The notes under the pieces are model-generated. The model worked only from the letters and a program-made list of their open reading frames with translations, searched no databases and was not told the origin of the DNA. Shown piece by piece: positions 50,548 through 64,000 of a stretch of DNA of 64,000 nt; position 1 is the stretch's first letter, and every line of letters begins with the position of its first letter. The position numbers were made by a program, and so were the translations under genes. Source of the DNA: Vitrella brassicaformis CCMP3155 (lineage: Eukaryota; Protista; Chromerida); NCBI GenBank assembly GCA_001179505.1, contig CDMY01000022.1:144438-208437 (forward strand). Direction: 5' to 3'.

Positions 50548-51841
50548 CTAACCACCTCCTGCACCACACCACACACACCACAAAGACACACATCCATCCA
50601 TCCATTCCAGCGTCCTCCCTCCCTCCCTCCCTCAACTCTCTCTCACCTTTCTTGCCACCATTGTTCTGGCCCTGCCCCGCCGTCCTATTCCTGCGCGCCT
50701 CAATCATCCGCTCCAACGCACCCGGCCTCGGCACCACACCCTCACCGCCCTTCGGCGTCGCGCCGCCCATTCCCATTTCCTCGTCCATCCGATTGCCGCC
50801 CCACGACGACACGCGCTTGTGGCCCGACAGCAGCGCGGCGGTCTCGCTGTCATCGTGGTGGCGGCCGTCGATGTCGTCTGTGGTGCGGGGGTGGGTGAGG
50901 GGCATGCCCCCTGCACCAGATGGGTCGAGCAGCTGGGTGGAGGGAAGGGGGCGGGGGGAGGGGTGGTCCCCGCCGGCTGTGGTCTTGCCGCTGGGGAGCA
51001 CCATTAGCCTGATACACACATACACACACACACAGAGGAATCAAGGACGACCAACGCATTGAAACGGCCGGTTCCTCTCTCTCCCTCTCTCTGTGTGCGT
51101 GTGTGCCTCACCCATCCTGTCCGCCCTGGCCGGCCTCCAGGTCCCTCATCTGCGCCATCTCCATCTCGCCGACCAGCGCCCCGCCCTTTGCCGACGGCGG
51201 CGGTTCGCTGCGCCGAGCCGCGGGGCTGTCGGCCACTGACGACTCGTTGTCGGCACTGAGCGTGCCCACGGCATAGGGGAAGGCGCCGTTGGTCGCTCCT
51301 GCTGCGGCAGATGCCCCCGTGCCGGGCGGCTGGGCCTGAAGAGACGGAGACAGTGGGTTGGTGGACGGAGGGGGGAGGGGGGAGGGGGAAGGGTGTGTGT
51401 GTGGTTGGTTTGTTGTCGGACTGACTGACCCGTTGTTTGGCTTGTGCGTCTCCGCGAGAGGGCATGTCGACAGCGGTGGCGGCATTGTAGATGGCGTAGC
51501 AGCTCCACAACAGAAAGGAGACTGACGGATGGGAGATGGTGAGAAGGGTGGATGGACGGATGGATGGACTGTGTGTGCGTCTTGTGTCTGTTGTCTTAAG
51601 ACGCATAAATTAGATAACTTACCGATGGCAGCGATGAGGGCGAAGATGGCAAAGGTGATGAGGCCTGCACACACGCGCAAGCACACACACCATACACCAT
51701 AAGTGAAGGCCTCCTCCCATCTCGCCCCCCTCTGTGTGTGTGCATGTGTTGTCCCCGCCTGATTTAGCGTCTTCGTGTCTGGCGTACTGCAGGGCGCTGA
51801 AGGCGGCCGTGCTGTAGGCCGCCGCAGCTGTAATGACCAAC

Positions 51842-51877
<36 letters not shown>

Positions 51878-54082
51878 CAGGGGGAGTGAGCTGCCCCACA
51901 CACACGTGCCGACCCACCTAGTGAGATGAAGAGATTGAGGAAGTTCTTGGCGCCCGCCGGCCCGCCGCCCTGCAGATCACTGCACCCAACCACCACACAC
52001 ACCTCTCTCTCTCTCTCCCTCTCCCTCTCCCTCTCTGTCTTGCTCGTTGTCTGTCTGTCTGTCTGCCTGTCTGCCTGCGTGTGTGTGTGTGCTTACGTGA
52101 CGATGACAGGCGAGAAGTTCTGCGAGCACATTTCGGTGTAGGGAAAGCGCAGCACCAGCCGCAGGGTCGTCACCACCAGAAAGCACCCGGACGTGAAAGT
52201 CGTGAACAGACTCTGACAGACAAGCGCACACACACAGCCACATCAGATACGGGGAGAGGGAGGCACCCGTCCGTGTGAGAGTGGGTCAGCCAGGTGTGTG
52301 TGTGTGTGTGTGTGGAAGAGGCTCCCTGACCGACCGAGAAGTCTCTTCCGTAGTGGGTCATGAAGAGCATGGCGAGGACCAGCTGGGGGATGTCTTCCAG
52401 CCACCGCACCAGGAAACAGTACGAGTAGTACATCTTCGCCATCTGCAATATCGCCTGCAACCAACGCAATCAACACACCAACAAAAGATATGATGGGCCG
52501 ATATATAATAAAGTGGGTTTCCACGTGTGGGTGTCTTGGTGTGGGTGTGGTTGGATGGTGGGATGGCTCACCATGTCGCTGCAGTTGATGATGTAGAACA
52601 GGATTTTGACCGGCACAAAGACGGGGAAATCTGCACACAGCCCCACACACATGGTGTGTGTATGTCCAGACTCTCTCTCTCTCTCTCTGTGAGTGTGTGT
52701 GTGTGTGCTTGCCCTCCATCCATCCATCCATCCATCCATTGGTCCCTTCAGTACTACTGACTGACCTTCTTTGGGCAGTTGGTGCTTGAACAGGCTGCTC
52801 CGCATGAGGTACGCCAGCGACGCGAAGATGAAGATCGGCATGGCCATCAGCAGCACTGCATCGTCCCATCCGTCAATCCACCCATCCATCCACCCATCCA
52901 CGCATATCAATTCTATCAGCCCATTCGCTCACCGATGACTCCCAGGTAGTAGTCTTCCGCCTTGCGCCACCCCAGCAGCAGCGGCGTGGCCACACGGATC
53001 AAAAACACCATGTCTGACCCACACAACACACACACAATCACCCTTTCGCCTCGCTGTCCCTCTCCCTCTCCCCCCCTCTCCCTCCGGCGGCACCCACCTC
53101 CGATGAAGTCAATGTGTTCGACGGTCTCATAGATGAACATCCACTTGCGCATGGCGTTGAAGCTGTCCCACGACCACCACCAGTCCTCCATCGTGAAGAG
53201 CACGTCCACCAACAGACGCTTCCGCCCCAGCCGGGGGTCCTGGCTGGGGTCCTGACGCACGTAGCCGCCCAGACGGGGGTGCCGCTGAGCGGACGCGTCG
53301 GGGGAGATGCCCTGCTGACCCTGACCGACGCACAGAGAGAGAGAGAGAGAGATGGATGTGTGTGGTGTGTGTGGGAGGGGTTTAGAGGGGGGGGGGTGGC
53401 TGCGTACGTATCTGAGTAGGGGCTGTTGGTGCTGGTCTCTCCTGCCGCCGGGGTTGTAGTCCCACGGCTCGTTCTGCTCCGTGATGAACTTCTCGTGACT
53501 TGACAAACCAACCACACCAATCACACCAATCAAACCAATCACACAACCCAGCACAGCACAGAAAGGCATAGAGGCGTATAACAACCCAAACGACCCTCCT
53601 CCTCCCCTCCCCTCCCCCCTCCCAGCTCACAGCTGCGTCATGATCTCGGCATCCGCCCTCGAGTCGGCCCGCGCAAAGTGCCCGCCTGCCGTCATCTCCG
53701 ACGGTGCGATGTCGCTGCGCGCATCCGACCGCCCATCGCCGTCCATATCAACCGACATGGCGTCGCTCTGCTGCGACTGATACAGCGGCCCAGGGTGGCC
53801 GGCATACCCCATATACGAGCCACCAGCGCCACTGGGACTCGCGCCGATGTTGCTCATGCCCGCCTGCGATGCGGGGCTGGGACCGTCCGGCCCCTCTGGA
53901 GGGGGCGCCGCGACGACAGGTGACACACTCATGTAGTAGTAGGGTGGTCCTGGGATGACAGTGGTGCTCGGGAGCTGGTTAACGTCGCTCAGAGTGGTGG
54001 TGGGGAGAGGCTCCGGGCTGTAGTACGGCGGTGTCGATTCTTCAGAGCTGCGTGAGGGCGGCCACGAGCTGTCCATGCGCAT
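50548..54082 (-). CDS. Uncharacterised multipass membrane protein with an LEDIPQ motif
   Basis: About 13 exons starting MRMDSSWPPS with a Pro/Ser-rich N-terminus. Hydrophobic blocks include FLIRVATPLLLG, AVLLMAMPIFIFASLAYL, FLVRWLEDIPQLVLAMLF and LITFAIFALIAAIG, followed by a disordered C-terminus. Confidence 0.75.
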
Positions 54083-54354
54083 AAGCACCCCGAGTGGTCC
54101 TGAGACGGATGCTGATACGGCGGCTGAGACAGAGGCTTGGGCAACGCAAAAAGTACTCAACCATCAAATGGTTAAATGAATGTGCTACGCCTGAGTCGCC
54201 GTTGGTGTGGGAATGGCTCTCGCCGACCATTGCGAGCCACGATATAAGCTCGCAATCGAGAGGACAAGGCCCGAGATCTGTTGCTGTGTGGCATTGAGTG
54301 TTTGTCGGTTGTTCGCATCAGTCAATCAATCAATCACATCAGTGAGTGATCATT

Positions 54355-57300
54355 ATGGAGACCATCGACTACGTCATCGTGTTCGCCTATGTGGCGGTGA
54401 TTCTGCTGCTGGGCCTGGCCTTCCTCGTGTGGGAGTGGAGCGACGCGCCGCACCACTCCACCTCGCACCACTACTTCCTCGCCGACAGGAGCACACCGTA
54501 CGCATGGGCCATTCATGAGATCAGACACAAGCAGTCATTGCAGGGTGTGTGTCGTGTGCTGTGTGTGTGTCAGGTGGTGGGCGGTGGGATGTGCCTTCTT
54601 CTCGTCAAACATTGGATCAGACGCCATTGTCGGCACATCAGGTGCGGGGATGGTCTCGGGATGTGCGCATCGATGTCTGTCTGTCTGCCTGTCTGTCTGT
54701 CGTATACTCTTCAGGGGGCGGCGCGGAGGCTGGAATGTCTGTGGCAAGTATGCAAGCCCGTCTGTGACCTGCCTGTTGGTCTCTCTCTCTGTGTGTTGAT
54801 TGATGTGTGTGTGTGTGTGTGTGTGCAGTGTTCGATTGGGGTGCCGTGTTCGTGTTCGTCCTGTTGGCCCATGTGTTTTATCCAATGTACCTGCGGTCGG
54901 GGGCCTTCACTTTGCCGGAGTTCATCGAGAAACGATTCGGCAAGTGAGCTACTGCGTGAGTCTGTGTGTCAATTTCCTTTCCTCCCCCCCTCTCCGCGTC
55001 GTCTGGTATCAGGAGCTGCCGGCTTTATCTTGTGGTTGTAACGCTCTTTCTCTACATCGTCAGGATCGCAATGGTCGGTACCGCACACACACACACACAC
55101 ACACGGACAAGGCGTCCATTCGTGTGTGTGTGTTGATTCCCCTCCCACCCCACCCCACCCACCTGCACACAGGCCTTGTTCGCCGGCGAGTTGGTGCTGT
55201 CTGTCGTGTTTGGTCTCGACCCGTCCGACGCTCTCAAAGTGCTGGTCGCCCTCACCATGGCATACACCTTCTGCGGAGGGCTCGGCGCAGTCATCTACAC
55301 AGAGGTCAGCACTCCCACTCATCTGTCCTCCCACCCCACCCCACACACAGACAGACGCTCCATCCATCCATCCATCCATCCATCCAGCCAGCCAGCCAGC
55401 CATCGCAATCCTGTGTGTGTGCAGGTGATCCAAACGGGCCTTTTGCTGATCAGCGGCCTGACGCTGACCTCCCTGGCCTTCAGCAAAGTGGGCGGCTGGA
55501 CGGGACTGCGGACCCACCTGCCCGACAAGTTCTTCAGGATCTTCCAGGGCGGCGAGGGGTGGGACTTCGAGTTCCCCTACCCCTGGTACGGGCTGCTCTT
55601 CGGCTTCCCCGTCATGGCCACCTTCTACCACTGCACCGACCAGGAAATGGTCCAGCGGGTCCTGGCGGCCAAGGACGAGGGCCACGGGAGGCTGGGGTGC
55701 ATTGCTGCGGGGTTCCTGAAGTTCTTCCCCCCTGTGCTGTTCATCCTACCTGGTTCGCACAGACAGACAGACAGACAGAGGGAGAGGGAGGGATGTGTTT
55801 CTTCTGTGTGTGTGTGTGTGTGTGTGTTGTGTCAGGGATGATCGCCCGTGTGTTGTACCCCCGAGCTCTGCTGTGCAGCGACGTGAGCCCCGCGTGTGAG
55901 CAGGCCAACTGGGCGTACCCCGTCCTGATCAATCAGCTCATGCCCACCGTCCTTAAGGGCATGACAGTCGCCGCCATGATCGGTGCACTCATGACCGTGC
56001 TGGGGGCCATATTCAACAGCGCGTCCACCATCTTCACGATGGACATCTGGCGCAGCTTCGCACCCAACACGTCAGAGAGGGCGCTCACGTGGATCGGCCG
56101 GATGGCCACAGTCGTCATGGGGCTGGTGAGTGGGTCAGGAAGAAAGGGAGTCACATTGCCCACCGATCCAGTCGTCTTAGTTCTCTCTGTGTGTGTGTTT
56201 GGATGTCGTCAGATTGGCGTGGTGTGGATCCCTCTGATGCGTCTGCTGAGCTCCAACATGTACGTTGCCGTCCAGACAATCGCGGTATACAAACATCCAC
56301 CCCAACTCGTGCAGCCATCCGGCCACTGCTGCTTGCTTTTGTGCGTGTGTCGATGTGTGTGCAGGGGCTGACAGCGTCGCCCATCTGCGCCCTCTTTGTG
56401 GTGGGCATATTCTTCCCACGAGCCAACGAGATCGGTGCGATGGGCGGCCTCATCATCGGACAGGCCCTCGGCATCGTCAGGCTGCTGCTGAGGCTGTCAG
56501 CTTGCCAGGTGAGGCGGAGAGGGAGGGAGGGAAAGAGGGTGGGATTATGGTTTTACTGAAGTGTATCTCCGACGTGTGTGTGGGTACGTGTCTGTGCGTC
56601 GGTTGTTCAGCTGGTACACGAGCGGCTGACCTGCAGGCTGGGCGGCGTCTTTGTGAAGAGCAACTTCCTGGTGCGCTGAGTGTGGCCAGAGAGGGCAAAT
56701 ACCGGGGGCATGGATGTGTCCGATGTGTTGTATGTGTGTGTGTTTCCCTCCCTCCCTCTCTGTATCCCTCAGGTGTTTGCGGCCTTCAATTTTGTCGGCT
56801 CTGCGGCGCTGGTGAGCTGACGAGCAGCCATTCAGTGTGGTGTTTTGTCCATTCCCCCTGCCCCTTCCGTCCGTCCATCAGATACTGTTGATGAGCTACC
56901 TGGGGCCGCCACCAAGAAGAGACCAGCTTGTAAACCTCACTTGGTCGGTCACACAGACACACTGCAAACTCCTGACTGACAGCATATCGGTGTTCGTGTG
57001 TGTAGGTGGGAGTGGACGGCCAAGGATGCGGCGCGGGACGAGGAAAAGGTGCACCTCACTGTCATGGAGGCAAGAAAACCTGCCCACACACACACAGACA
57101 TACAGACTAGACCACCACAAACACGTCGCACTCGCCACATGCGTCCATCTATCTGCTCTGCGTCTCAGGACCTGCCCCCGATGCCGTCCGACTCCCCCGT
57201 GTCGTCAGCAGTTCCACCAATGGTACAGACCCAGCAGCACAGCATAACAAACACAACACGACAGAAACGCCTTCCTCCCAACCACACACAAACGCTCCTT

Positions 57301-57736
57301 CCATCTTTCTCTCTCTTTCTCTGCTGTGTGTGAAGGTGATCGGCAAGGCGCTGTCATCGACAGGTGCGGCTGAGGAGCGGGAGGAAAGGACACCCGACAG
57401 GTCGGCCATGGGGGCAACCAGATCGCCGGACAGGACACAGATCAATGGGAGAGAGACACAAGACGCAGACGCAGACAGGGGGGAGGTAAGCGGCCTGCTC
57501 TGCTTCCGCTGCTTGATTTGCTGGTGAGCGCCTGAGTACCTGTTGTGTCTTCAGAAGCATCGGCCGGAAACGCTGCATCAGGCCCATCCATCGTATCTGA
57601 CGGTCGACAGGTGGGTGGGTGGGTGGGGGGGGAGGTGAAAATATGTGTAATGTGTGTGTGCAGGACGGTGTTGAGTCAGATCGGCACGGCACTGCTGATT
57701 GCGGCGGGCGCCACCCTCATCATCGTGTTCAATTAG
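54355..57736 (+). CDS. Sodium:solute symporter (SSS/SLC5, SGLT/myo-inositol-like)
   Basis: Motifs: YFLADRS.PWWAVG..FSSNIGS, TLPEFIEKRFG, GGLGAVIYTEVIQ, TDQEMVQRVLAAK, GFLKFFP..FILPGMIARVLYP, FNSASTIFTMDIW. Exon phases are consistent. Confidence 0.93.
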
Positions 57737-58166
57737 CCATTCATTCATTCATTCATTCACTCGCTGCATGGGAAGGATGCACTTGTGTGTGGCGCTGCGT
57801 GGATCGCATCATTCCTGCCTACCTGATACGGTGTTCCATGCCTGTGTTGTCATTGTATAGTCAAGATGTGACAAGACCTGTAATTACTGCGTTCACACGC
57901 AGACGTGCTCGGATGGATGGACGTGGTGGATACATATTGATCAGCCGCACTGTCAAGGGCATGCAGACCTGGATTTGCGTGAATGTTGATCGTTTCGGCC
58001 AGGGACGTCGCCTCCCTTCCGGCCCCCATCTTGCCCCCAGTCTGCATGCCGATGATTGCCGACAAGAAGGACCACACTGCGTTGCCGGTAAGAGCATACG
58101 ATCCAGCGGTGGCCACTGCCAGAGGAGAATCATGCACCATAATCGTGGTCCGTGTCTGCGGCGTGC

Positions 58167-60444
<2,278 letters not shown>

Positions 60445-60500
60445 TAAGGAGGGCGTGTGTGTGATAGACAGGGTGTCAGGCTGTCAGACAAATGTGGGCT

Positions 60501-60830
60501 CTAAGACTTCATTGTTGCATATGTCGATTGGTTAGTCGACGCTAGGACTTCATTGTTGCATACGTTCGTCATGCCATACACGTCGATTGGTCACTTGACG
60601 CTTAGAGACATGATCTCATCCACGACTCTGCAAGTCACAGACAACACAGGCGCCCACGCTCTTCACAAGGGTGTATCTATGTCGTACGTACACGTACTGT
60701 ACGTCTGTCGCGTTCAGGCGCGAACACACAAGCGAAGAAGGACGAAGCACGAGGGGTACATGAATGCGCAGCCAGCAGTTGCCAGTCGAGGTCCTTCATG
60801 CAATTGCCAGTTGAGGTCCTTCATGCAATT
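60501..60830. repeat. Short imperfect direct repeats in an intergenic region
   Basis: GACTTCATTGTTGCATA...GTCGATTGG occurs at ~60505 and ~60546. A 25-bp tandem GCCAGT(C/T)GAGGTCCTTCATGCAATT occurs at 60781-60805 and 60806-60830. Confidence 0.75.
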
Positions 60831-61332
60831 GACGTATATCTGCCCCACAGAGACGAGCGAGCATGCCGCCCGAACGGAACCGCACCTTGTGAAGAACACG
60901 GCCAAACGCATCAGTTGATTGCAGTGCACAAGCCTTTGGCAATGCATTCATCGACTGTGGCTGATGACAGCCGTGTTGATGTCGAGGGCCTCTGGCGCTT
61001 CCTTTCTGCTGGCGGATGCTTCGGGGGTGGAACGTTTGGAAGCTAAGCTCGCGGAGATTGCGAGCTTAGAAGCGTCATTCGTGGCTGTGACAATAACTTG
61101 TGCTCAGGGACTGTACTGTACTTGTGTGTACTTGTGCTTTTCGAATGCCATGATCGGATTACTCGTGCTTTTCATGGGTTGATCAGGAGAAGGTCTATCA
61201 GGTTAGATGCTGCTTAGCCCGTCAATAAGCTTCCTGACGTTGTTCCTGACCCTCGCACGCTTTCGCTCTTACGTGTGTCTGTTGGTCGCAGGTCACAGAG
61301 TGTGCTGGATCTATTGCGTGTCCCGCCTGCCA

Positions 61333-64000
61333 ATGGAAGCAGACGAAGACCGACCTGCGTCTTCATCTGCGCGCGATGGTGACCCCATCACGGCTACAGA
61401 ACAACACACAAAAAGGGTAGGTACGGGGCAAGGAAGGCGAGAGGACGAGGGAAGATACCGCAGTGCTTGTTTGTTCCCTATTCACTCATTCTCCACAGTT
61501 GCGATCACTTCCCTCTCACCCTGACAGCGGCTGCATGAGGGCCGCTGGCTCATCTGATGCACGTATGCACGCCGAAGCAAAGGGACACCGCTCGCATCCA
61601 CTCGAAGATTGACAGTGTCTGTTTCTTCCCCTCAGCTGACGATAGCGACTTTGGGCTGCCGACGGTGCCAACCCGTCCATCCAACCCTCGCCAATCACCC
61701 GTACCATCCCGCGCCCCTGCGCCCGCCTGCGGTCTTGGCAGTGGCACTGCGGCGCTGCCACCCATCCACAGGTGGAGCCACTCGCTGCCTCCTCTTACCC
61801 ATCCGGAGGTAAAGCATGAATAAATCGACCAAGGAGATGCAGCTCTCCCCATTCGTCTTTGTTACCGCTTGCAGGCCATCGCGGCTTTTGGCAATCCTTC
61901 GGACGAAGAGAGAGGATGGACGGTTGGAGAACGGGTGCAGATCGTGCTGGAGTTCCAGCAACGTGCGAAGGTGGAGGATATCACGATGAAGGCTTTTGCG
62001 GCCGAGAAGGGCATCACATATGACCAAATGAAGAAGTGGTCCGCCTCTCATCCGTCGGACCTGCTGGCAAGCAACATGGAGAGGGAACGAAACAGGACAG
62101 CGAAGTATCCAGATGTTGAGAGGGAGGTGGCACAGTGGCTGAGTGGGCTTGCGTCCTTTCCCCCCAACAAGGAGATCAAGGAGAGAGCAAGAGAGGTCGC
62201 GGGTCGACTGAAGGGGAACCATGACGACGCGAGGGTCAGGGAGAGGTGTGCTGGCTTCACTGGGAGCGACGGCTGGCTGGAGGGGTTCTTGAATCGCTAC
62301 TCTGGCGGTGAGTCACCACACAACCGACACACTCTGCGTGAGCACACTGTTCGAGCCCACGCATCACCTGAGTTCCCGGACACCTTCCCTGCAGACGGGA
62401 CGAGGGCCATCGCATCGGCCGAGGACAATCATGATGATGATCAAACACAGGTACGTGCAGGTAAAGATCTTGTATTGGTGATCTGAGCATGTCATCTTTT
62501 CTGAAAGGTCGCTCACGGTGATACGGCTGCAGCAGCTGCAGCCTTTCACGGTGAACCACATCGTGAGGTGCGCATACGCAGCTCCTTCGTATCTGGTGCA
62601 CACCTGGACATGGGTTTGTGTTCCGCAGATACCGACAGGACGGGCAACAGACGATGTGGCAGCTGGTGGGCTGACGGCACACTCGCATGACAGTGAGCAG
62701 CAGGATAGACGCACAAGAGAGACGCGGCGGAAAAAGGCATTGTGTTATCATGCAGATGTGGAGCACTCATGGTCGCTGCCAGGTGAGGGAGCAACCGATG
62801 AAAAGACATACAGTCATAGCCTGTGTTGCGGCTACAGCCTTGCCGCCCTTGCCCCCCGTCCGTTTGCCGCCGCCGTCTCTGCCGTCGTCTCCTCCCGCCG
62901 TTTCCCTCCTGAGCCGAGCGACACGGCCGTCCCCACAGCAGGTGAAGATGCACTCGCCGTTCTGCGCCACCATTTGCGGCCGTGCCCACGTATGAGTGCG
63001 CGTTCAGGTGTGCATCGGGAGGGCTGGCGAGGTGGCGATTGGCGAGCGGCTGCAGCTGGTGGATGAATTTCAGAGGCGCAAGCAAGGCGGCGAGGCCATC
63101 TCGATGGCCCAATTTGCGCAGGAGAAGCACCTCAGTGAAAATAAATTCAAGAACTGGTTTCGTGCCATCAAGCAGCAGCGGGAGGACGGCAGGGAATTCG
63201 TCGATCCGGAAAGGAAGCGCAACAGGCAGCCCAGGTACCGGGAAATTGAGGACGAGTTGCGTCAGTGGATGGCAGGCCATGATGACCCTACGAGCATCCC
63301 CTCGAAGGACATGAAGGCCAAAGCATTAGAGGTCGCCGATCGGCTGGTTACCAGTGGCTTCGTTGGCTTCCGTGGCTTCAAGGCCAGCGATACATGGATC
63401 AGTGCATTCAGAAGACGATACCAGCAGGTAGGAAAGATGACAGGCAAGCACGACAAGAGATTCGTGATGGTCTTCGATTCACGTTTTCGAGGCCGCCGCC
63501 CCTCCTCGCCCTCCCCCTCCCCCAACCCACCCACCTCACCCCCATTCCGTGCCCATTCCCCTCACCGACCAGCCAGGGCGACCCATGTCTTCTGCTGCCG
63601 CCTCTCCTCCAAGCGCCGTCGGGTTGGCGATAGCAGTGAGACACGACGGCGTAACACACACTGGTGACAGCAATCAGCAGTCTCAGCCGTCAGCAGCCAC
63701 TGAGCAGGTTGTCATACCGGCTCCTCTCCCTTCTCCAGCGCCCCCAATGCATCCCCCCCACCCCCACCCCTTGCCCACGCCCCTCTGGGTCAGGACACGC
63801 ATAGATGGACCAAGTGGTGTCTTGCAGGACCAAGTGGTTGACGAGGCAGCTGCGGTGCGAATGGCAGATGGATTCATCAGCCGTGACAGCAATCAGCCGC
63901 TCGACCAGCAATCGCAGCACTCGTGGCCCAACACCATGACCGTAAGCAAGCAAAGAGAGCTCACTCATCTCTTCGCGAAGGGGCATTGCCTCTGATTGCA
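61333..64000 (+). CDS. Intron-containing gene with two CENP-B/Tc5(pogo)-type HTH DNA-binding modules; runs off the window end
   Basis: Module 1 (exon 61875-62307): GERVQIV...FAAEKGITYDQMKKW...RNRTAKYPDVEREVAQW...EIKERAREVA...FTGSDGWLEGFLNRY. Module 2 (exon 63008-63427): GERLQLV...FAQEKHLSENKFKNW...RNRQPRYREIEDELRQW...DMKAKALEVA...FKASDTWISAFRRRY. Both match the psq-like HTH plus HTH_Tnp_Tc5 pattern. The linking exons are Pro/Ser-rich, and their exact model is tentative. Confidence 0.8.

Noticed and set aside
60500-60830. CRISPR-like array
   Set aside because: There are only two imperfect copies per repeat, no regular unique spacers and no cas genes, in a eukaryotic context.

Overview
Eukaryotic nuclear DNA: GC-rich and intron-dense, with short introns and intergenic spacers full of (CA/GT)n, (GACA/CTGT)n and (ATCC/GGAT)n microsatellites, plus three 300-N gaps. 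The style and gene set suggest a chromerid alveolate such as Vitrella brassicaformis (inference, not verified). The six-frame ORFs are mostly exon-plus-intron chimeras, so I rebuilt genes by hand from GT/GC-AG splice sites; exact boundaries are approximate. I can support about 18 gene models: a chlorophyllase-like hydrolase, an MFS transporter, a BTB protein, a METTL21-family methyltransferase, two paralogous coiled-coil/split-RING proteins, a probable plastid-targeted membrane protein, two copies of a Myb/SANT-like gene, a PEBP protein, two multipass membrane proteins, a tandem SAM-like protein, an MCTP-like C2/TM protein, a triple-CCCH protein, an SLC5 symporter, a pepsin-family protease and a gene with two CENP-B/Tc5-type HTH modules. 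There are also two decayed pseudogenes (MFE-2-like SDR and cathepsin C-like). The main oddities are: (1) an intron-containing gene with two exon-sized pogo/Tc5 DNA-binding modules and no DDE domain in the window; (2) a ~3 kb inverted duplication bracketing 15.5 kb, whose ends split a cathepsin C gene into complementary pieces and cut off the start of an SDR gene; (3) repeated 4-nt insertions in the pseudogenes; (4) single in-frame stops in both genes of one head-to-head pair; (5) introns polarised with CA repeats at the 5' end and GT repeats at the 3' end; (6) telomere-like motifs just upstream of several start codons. I found no rRNA, tRNA or CRISPR array.
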